Of a stretch of 61,674 bases of DNA, positions 61,421-61,674 are shown piece after piece. A program made the translations under genes and the position numbers. Below the pieces are notes generated by a model. It saw only the letters and a list, made by a program, of their open reading frames with translations, ran no database searches and was not told where the DNA came from. The first letter of the stretch is position 1. Each line of letters opens with the position of its first letter. The stretch is from Octopus bimaculoides. Its lineage: Eukaryota. The stretch lies in contig NC_068981.1 of the NCBI RefSeq assembly GCF_001194135.2, forward strand, positions 66,519,059 through 66,580,732, read 5' to 3'.

Positions 61421-61674
61421 TACGCAACCCTCAACTGTTAGTAGGTACGATACCATACTTCTACATTAATAACTCTCCAATCCATGCCAGCATGGAACAT
61501 AGACATTAAGTGGAATGCCAGTCTCTCATCTAGGAGGGCCTTGAAATCAATGTTACCAACTGGGGACTATGTGTGTCTTAGTGATAATAAAAAGACCCAA
61601 AGGAGGTCTGCAACGAAATAATTTTACTCAACACTTTGCAAGTGAATCAGTGGAGGCAAAGATGCGTCTCATTT

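Overview
Repeat-dominated eukaryotic (animal) genomic DNA with several N gaps. The tRNA-derived SINE families, RTE/R4 LINEs, (TTAGGG) motifs and dense microsatellites point to an octopus-like cephalopod; this is an inference, not a database match. One host gene is recognisable on the + strand although it is invisible in the ORF track: the KEOPS/EKC subunit PCC1/LAGE3. It has coding exons at 32640-32753 and 38790-38918, joined by a ~6 kb minor-spliceosome (U12-type) intron that appears to end in GG instead of AG. A putative promoter/5' UTR exon lies near 26.5 kb, and its final coding exon was not found. The rest is transposon material: two mariner relics, a decayed Ty3/Gypsy provirus whose leader carries a four-unit array of tRNA-Trp PBS-like repeats, solo LTRs, R4/Dong and RTE LINE fragments, piggyBac-, hAT- and HINE-type non-autonomous elements, a TIR element carrying telomeric repeats, fold-back elements and many SINEs. 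Coordinates of old repeats are approximate (hand-read).
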